45,462 nt of DNA, from NCBI GenBank assembly GCA_044351865.1, contig JBILEY010000003.1:1-45462 (forward strand), written 5' to 3'. Of this stretch, positions 41,136 to 45,462 are shown in pieces. The stretch's first letter is position 1; the number at the start of each line of letters is the position of its first letter. Below the pieces are notes generated by a model, which was not told where the DNA came from, made no database searches, and worked only from the letters and a program-made list of their open reading frames with translations. Made by a program: the position numbers and the translations under genes. The stretch comes from Planctomycetota bacterium (GTDB taxonomy: Bacteria; Planctomycetota; UBA1135; UBA2386).

Positions 41136-41256
41136 GATGTAGTGCTTCGCCTGCGGCGTCTTGCGAGCTACGGGCGATCCTTCGACCGCGGTGCCCGCGG
41201 ACGCAGGCGCGCACCAATCTGCGCTGCCGGTCCGGCGGGCTACCAGTTCCGCCCTT

Positions 41257-42018
41257 TCACGTGCCCGGCAGCTGGCGCTTCAGGAACGCCATGTCGTCGG
41301 CGTACTGAGTCAGTCCCTTGCGGTCCGCTTCCGGCATCTTCTTCGTGAAGCTGGCGGTGATGCGCACGCCGCCGTCGGTCGCCACCTCGGTCGAGTCGAC
41401 CGTCGCCGCCGTCTGGAACGGCTCCTGGCGGATCATCTTCACGTGGAACTTCAGCTGCACCTCGCTGCCCGCGATGAACAGCTGCTTGGCCTGGTCGGCG
41501 TTGATGCCGTGCTTGGTGCCGTTCCACAGGAACTGGATCTTCTGGCCGTTGACGTTCGACATCAGGCCGATCAGCGCCTTCTTGCCGCCGATCATCTTGT
41601 TGCGGATGTCGTCGGCGAACGAGATGACGACCTTCTCCTGATCGACCGGGACCTCGCCGGCGAGTTCCTTCTGGTTCAGGTGGCGGATGATCGCCTTGGT
41701 CGCGTCCTTCTCGGTGTCGCACAGCGAGATCAGCTTGTCGATGCCGACCTTCGTCATGACGTCGCGCACGACCGGCGACGGCTGCGAGATCACCAGTTCG
41801 CCACCCTCGGCGCGACAGAGCTTGTGGGCCTTGATGACGGCACCGAGCGCGGTCGAGTTGATGAACTTGACCAGGCGCATCTCCAGGATCATGTGGCTGA
41901 TGCCGCGCTGGACCAGGCCTTCGACGTCCTGCATCAGGGCCGGGACGAAGAACGTGTCGAACTCGCCCTTGAGGGTGAGGATGGCGTAGTCGTCGTGCAG
42001 GATCTTGTCGATCTTCAT
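41257..42018 (-). CDS. STAS (anti-anti-sigma) domain fused to a PilZ-like C-terminal domain
   Basis: STAS: ILTLKGEFD...VKFINSTALGAVIKAHK...GGELVI...VVRDVMTKVGIDKLI. The C-terminal beta-rich domain ends GSEVQLKF...ATV...RITASFTKKMPEADRKGLTQY. The STAS call is secure; the PilZ call is tentative. Confidence 0.8.
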   Translation of the reverse strand: MKIDKILHDDYAILTLKGEFDTFFVPALMQDVEGLVQRGISHMILEMRLVKFINSTALGAVIKAHKLCRAEGGELVISQPSPVVRDVMTKVGIDKLISLCDTEKDATKAIIRHLNQKELAGEVPVDQEKVVISFADDIRNKMIGGKKALIGLMSNVNGQKIQFLWNGTKHGINADQAKQLFIAGSEVQLKFHVKMIRQEPFQTAATVDSTEVATDGGVRITASFTKKMPEADRKGLTQYADDMAFLKRQLPGT

Positions 42019-42057
42019 GGGCGGTGCGGCAAGCGGGGGTCTCAGACCGGTGGGAGA

Positions 42058-42094
42058 GGGCGGGGATTCTGGCCGCCACCGCGATCAAGTGCAA
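42058..42094 (-). promoter_or_regulatory. Putative sigma70 promoter of the STAS gene
   Basis: TTGCAC-17 nt-CAGAAT-CCCCGCCC on the minus strand. Confidence 0.55.
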
Positions 42095-42124
42095 CGGTCG
42101 GTGCGAAGGCACCTGTTTCCTTGC

Positions 42125-42153
42125 TCGACTCGGCTGCGTCGGCCACCTAGAGT
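42125..42153 (+). promoter_or_regulatory. Putative promoter of the GAF-PP2C gene (back-to-back with the STAS promoter)
   Basis: TCGACT-17 nt-TAGAGT, 11 nt before ATG 42165. Confidence 0.5.
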
Positions 42154-42164
42154 CCGCCCGCGGC

Positions 42165-43526
42165 ATGAAGTGGCCATGGTCCAAGAAAGACGAGCCGGCG
42201 CCGCCGCCGGCGCGAAAGGAGACGTCCCCGGCGGCCCATGGGCGCGGCGGGGAGCGTGAAACGTCGACGATCCTGACCGGCGATGCGACCCAGGACTCGC
42301 GGTCGCTGCAGATCCTGCTCGACACGATCGCGGCGGTCACCGCCAACATCGACCTCGACACCGTGCTGCGCGACATCGTCGACCGTTCGCTGCAGGTCAC
42401 CAGCGCCGAGCGCGCGATCCTGCTGCTCGGCGAGCAGCCCGATGACCTGTCGGTGCGCATGGCGATGGACCGGGAAGGCCGGTCGCTGACCGGCGAACTG
42501 CAGTGGAGCCGCAGCCTCGTGCGCCGCTGCCTCGAGGACGGCGTCGCCGTGCGTTCCGTCGTGCAGTCCGACCAGGAAGCGCTCGAGCTGGGCCAGTCGG
42601 TCTACGACCTCAAGCTGCGCGCCGTGATGTGCGCGCCGATGCGCGCCCGCAATCGCACGGTCGGCGTCATCTACGTCGACTCGCGCGCCGTGCGCCGCGA
42701 GTTCTCGTCGCGCGACCTGGCGCTGTTCGGCGCCATCTCGGCGCAGTTGGCGATCTCGGTCGAGAACGCGCGCCTGCACGCCGACTCGCTCGAGAAGGTC
42801 CGCCTGCAGAAGGACGTCGAGATCGCGCGCCGCATCCAGCAGCACCTGCTGCCGCCGGTGCCGAACCACCTGACCGGTCTGCAACTCGGCCTGCGCTACG
42901 TCGCTGCCGAGCAGGCATCCGGCGACACCTACGATCTGGTGCCGCTCAGCGACGGTCGCCTCGCGGTGATGATCGGCGACGTCACCGGCCACGGCGTTGG
43001 CGCGGCGCTGCTGACCCACGCCGTGCAAGCAGCGCTGCGCAGCTACCTCGAACTGATCGACGATGCGGCGACGGTGGTGACCCGCATCAACCAGCGGCTC
43101 GTCGCCGGCGTCGAGACCGGCAACTTCATGTCGTTGTTGCTCGCGATCATCGATCCGAAGGCGCGCACGCTCGAATACGTGAACGCCGGTCACCCTGGGC
43201 TCGTGCTGAGCCGCGCGTCGGGCGTCAGCGTGCTGGAGAAGACCGGCATGGTGCTCGGCGTCGTCGGCGACCAGGTCTACCACGCGAGTCCGAAGGTCGA
43301 GCTGCAGCCGGGCGACCTGCTGTTCTTCCACACCGATGGTGTCGACGAGGCGATGTCGCCGCGGCGAGAGATGTTCGGCAACGAACGCCTGCAGGCGGTG
43401 CTGGCGCGGGCGCAGAACCTCGCGGCAGAAGAAGTCGTCGGCGCCGTCGAAGAAGGGCTGTGGCAGCACGTCGCCAACGGCGCCGTCGAAGACGACTTCA
43501 CGATGATCGCCGTCAAGCTGTCGTGA
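42165..43526 (+). CDS. GAF domain + PP2C (SpoIIE/RsbU-type) Ser/Thr phosphatase
   Basis: Start ATG 42165. GAF: LRAVMCAPM...VGVIYVDS...FSSRDL. PP2C: ARRIQQHLLP, SGDTYD, IGDVTGHGVGAA, NAGHP, HTDGVDEA and EDDFT. Confidence 0.93.
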   Translation: MKWPWSKKDEPAPPPARKETSPAAHGRGGERETSTILTGDATQDSRSLQILLDTIAAVTANIDLDTVLRDIVDRSLQVTSAERAILLLGEQPDDLSVRMAMDREGRSLTGELQWSRSLVRRCLEDGVAVRSVVQSDQEALELGQSVYDLKLRAVMCAPMRARNRTVGVIYVDSRAVRREFSSRDLALFGAISAQLAISVENARLHADSLEKVRLQKDVEIARRIQQHLLPPVPNHLTGLQLGLRYVAAEQASGDTYDLVPLSDGRLAVMIGDVTGHGVGAALLTHAVQAALRSYLELIDDAATVVTRINQRLVAGVETGNFMSLLLAIIDPKARTLEYVNAGHPGLVLSRASGVSVLEKTGMVLGVVGDQVYHASPKVELQPGDLLFFHTDGVDEAMSPRREMFGNERLQAVLARAQNLAAEEVVGAVEEGLWQHVANGAVEDDFTMIAVKLS

Positions 43527-43543
43527 ACGTGCCCAGACCGAAC

Positions 43544-43581
43544 CTGCCCTGATCGAAGCCATCTGCCCTGACCCAAGCCAT
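43544..43581. repeat. 19-bp imperfect tandem duplication in intergenic gap
   Basis: CTGCCCTGATCGAAGCCAT / CTGCCCTGACCCAAGCCAT (17/19 identical), preceded by a degenerate partial copy GTGCCCAGACCGAAC. Confidence 0.7.
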
Positions 43582-43646
43582 GGCGTGAGGTGTGGCCGGA
43601 CCTCGCCTCGCAGCCGCAGACCGCCGGCCCGAATCCGTCGCCGAAC

Positions 43647-44597
43647 ATGACGAACGCAACTCGACCCGGCCTCGTGCCGATCCTCGCCATCGCCGGCGTC
43701 CTGCTGTTCGGTGGCGGTGGTTTCTGGATCTGGAGCCAGATCCGCCACTCGCAGGCACACGCGGCGCAGCGCGAAGCAGCGCTCGCGGCGACGACGGCGG
43801 CGCTGACGCAGCGCCCGGTCGACGCCGACGCCATCGGCCGCTGCGTCGCCAGCTTGCGCAAGATCGTGGGTTTCGACGACGACCGCGAGCTGCGCGCGGC
43901 CGAAGCCCAGCTCGAGCTGGCGCGGGATCGCGCCGAGGTCGCCGAGGAGCGCTTCGTCTCGCTCGCGGCGGAGCCCGGCGCGTCGATCGCCGAGCAGCGC
44001 CTCGCCGCGCGCATCCTGTTGCGCCGGCACGAAGCCGACCTCGGCGACCGAGCCGCTGGTGCGCTGGCGAACGTCTTCGGCTACAGCAGCGCGGCCTACC
44101 AGGCGGACCGGCGTCCGGCCGATCTGCTGCGCGCGTGGCAGGCTGCGGAGCGCCTCGGGCGCAGCGACGACGCCAAGCGCTGTGCCGCCGATCTCGCTCG
44201 CGACCACGCTGGCAGTGCTGAGCACCGCTTCGTCGCTGCGGCGATGGCGTTCGGCGCCAACACCGGCATCGCCGAGGCCGAGCAGAGTCTCGCTGGCCTG
44301 GAGGACGTGCCGGCGGAGTTCGCGGCGATGGCCGCGCAGGCGCAGCTGCTCGCTGGCGACGTGCCCGCGGCCGTGCGCACGGTCGATGCGGCGCTGGCGC
44401 GTTCGCCCGGTCTGGCGTTGGTGCGGACCGTCGCCGCCAACGTCTTCCACGCGTGCGCCCTTGGCAGCGCCGCCGGCAGCGCCGATCGCGCCACCTGGGC
44501 GGCGCGGCGCGATGCGCAGCTCGACTGGCTCGAACGACTCCCCGATCTCGCCGACGAGCGCCGCGCCTTCCTGCGCAGCCTGCGCGACGTGCGCTGA
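43647..44597 (+). CDS. Hypothetical membrane-anchored alpha-helical (TPR-like) protein
   Basis: Start ATG 43647 (or GTG 43590); TM LVPILAIAGVLLFGGGGFWIW; TPR-like AQAQLLAGDVPAAVRTVDAALARSP. Confidence 0.65.
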   Translation: MTNATRPGLVPILAIAGVLLFGGGGFWIWSQIRHSQAHAAQREAALAATTAALTQRPVDADAIGRCVASLRKIVGFDDDRELRAAEAQLELARDRAEVAEERFVSLAAEPGASIAEQRLAARILLRRHEADLGDRAAGALANVFGYSSAAYQADRRPADLLRAWQAAERLGRSDDAKRCAADLARDHAGSAEHRFVAAAMAFGANTGIAEAEQSLAGLEDVPAEFAAMAAQAQLLAGDVPAAVRTVDAALARSPGLALVRTVAANVFHACALGSAAGSADRATWAARRDAQLDWLERLPDLADERRAFLRSLRDVR

Positions 44598-44609
44598 CCC
44601 GGACGCGCG

Positions 44610-45413
44610 TCAGCGAGCGCAGCAGGCCAGTGCTCCGGCGACCGCGGCGAACAGCGGCGCCACGGCGATCCGCGGCAGGCCGAGGTTCTGCAGCACGTGG
44701 GTCAGATGCCGGCGATCGCCGACCCAAGGCGGCACGCCGAGCACCAGTCGCGCGACGACGACCTGCACGAAGTCGGCGCATTGCACGGCGACCGCCGCCA
44801 GCTGGTGGCTGGCCCATGGCAGGCTGTGCGCGCCGACCAGCAAGCCGAGCGCGTAGGCGCCGCTGTCGCCGAGGAACAGTCGCGGCCGCGGCCAGTTCCA
44901 CGGCACGAACGCCAACGCCGCCCACGCCGCCGCCTCGGCGCCGAGCGCGAACAGGCTGACCGCCGACAGCGCGGCGCAGACGCCGTCGGTGTTGTCGAGG
45001 AAGTTGGTGGCGTTGGTCAGCACGAACACCCACGCGGTCGCCAGCAGCCACGCGATGGGCTGCTGCCACGGCGGGAACCACGCCGCGGCGGCGAGCATCG
45101 CGGCGACACCGAGTGCCACCGCCTTCGGGCGCCAGCCGAGTTCGCGGCTGCATTCCTTGTAGCAGTCGTCGACGAAGCCGGTCGTGGTGGCGAGGACGAC
45201 GGCGGCCAGCAGCCATGGCGAGGCCGCCGGCAAGAGCCACGGCAGCAGCGCGATCGGCAGCAGCACGCCGGCGAGCGGGATCGGCCGCGCGTGCTGCTTC
45301 CGGCCGGGGCGCGGTGGGTCGTCGGGCAACCAGCCGCGCACGCGGCGATTGACGAAATCGCCGACGAACAACACCAGCGTCGCCAGCGGCAGGGCGTAGG
45401 CGGCGGCGATCAT
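44610..45413 (-). CDS. WecA/TagO/MraY-family polyprenyl-phosphate HexNAc-1-phosphate transferase
   Basis: RKQH..PIPLAG, GFVDD, NATNFLDNTDG, LFLGDSGAYALG and DRRHLTHVL; hydrophobic; short at 267 aa. Confidence 0.85.
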   Translation of the reverse strand: MIAAAYALPLATLVLFVGDFVNRRVRGWLPDDPPRPGRKQHARPIPLAGVLLPIALLPWLLPAASPWLLAAVVLATTTGFVDDCYKECSRELGWRPKAVALGVAAMLAAAAWFPPWQQPIAWLLATAWVFVLTNATNFLDNTDGVCAALSAVSLFALGAEAAAWAALAFVPWNWPRPRLFLGDSGAYALGLLVGAHSLPWASHQLAAVAVQCADFVQVVVARLVLGVPPWVGDRRHLTHVLQNLGLPRIAVAPLFAAVAGALACCAR

Positions 45414-45462
45414 CGGTAGAGGCCGCGCTCGGCGATGGAGGCGCGCACCGTCGGCAGCAGCT
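45410..45462 (-). CDS. 3' end of an upstream gene, possibly nicotinate-nucleotide adenylyltransferase (NadD)
   Basis: Reads ...LLPTVRASIAERGLYR*, resembling the NadD C-terminal LP..V..YI....LY. Stop overlaps the next ATG (ATGA). Only 16 codons are visible. Confidence 0.45.
   Translation of the reverse strand, partial: LLPTVRASIAERGLYR

Overview
This is a very GC-rich, gene-dense chromosomal segment, most likely from a member of the Planctomycetota. That inference rests on a DUF1549/DUF1553 protein, a TPR-alphaCTD protein and a TsaC/LMW-phosphatase fusion. It holds about 34 real CDS; most long entries in the ORF track are antisense or off-frame shadows. Core genes are type III glutamine synthetase, gspD-gspE-gspF, lpxD, accA, tig-clpP-clpX-rlmN, mnmG, ruvA, rpmH and probably the 3' end of nadD. 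Signalling genes are a PTS IIA protein, a sensor-less histidine kinase with a sigma54 activator, an ECF sigma/ZAS anti-sigma/PDZ trio, and a STAS fusion with a GAF-PP2C phosphatase. Envelope genes include a 1629-aa DUF748/AsmA-like repeat protein, a GT4 glycosyltransferase and a WecA-like transferase. I saw no rRNA, tRNA, CRISPR array or mobile element. The most interesting leads are three. (1) A stand-alone TPR protein carries two tandem RNA polymerase alpha-CTD copies, and its predicted promoter shares an exact 19-bp block with the rpmH promoter, with related motifs upstream of tig and the STAS gene. (2) A TsaC-like domain lacking its catalytic motifs is fused to a YwlE-type (phosphoarginine-signature) phosphatase. 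(3) A STAS-PilZ-like fusion is divergently paired with a GAF-PP2C phosphatase. All family calls come from motif recognition by eye; no database searches were run.
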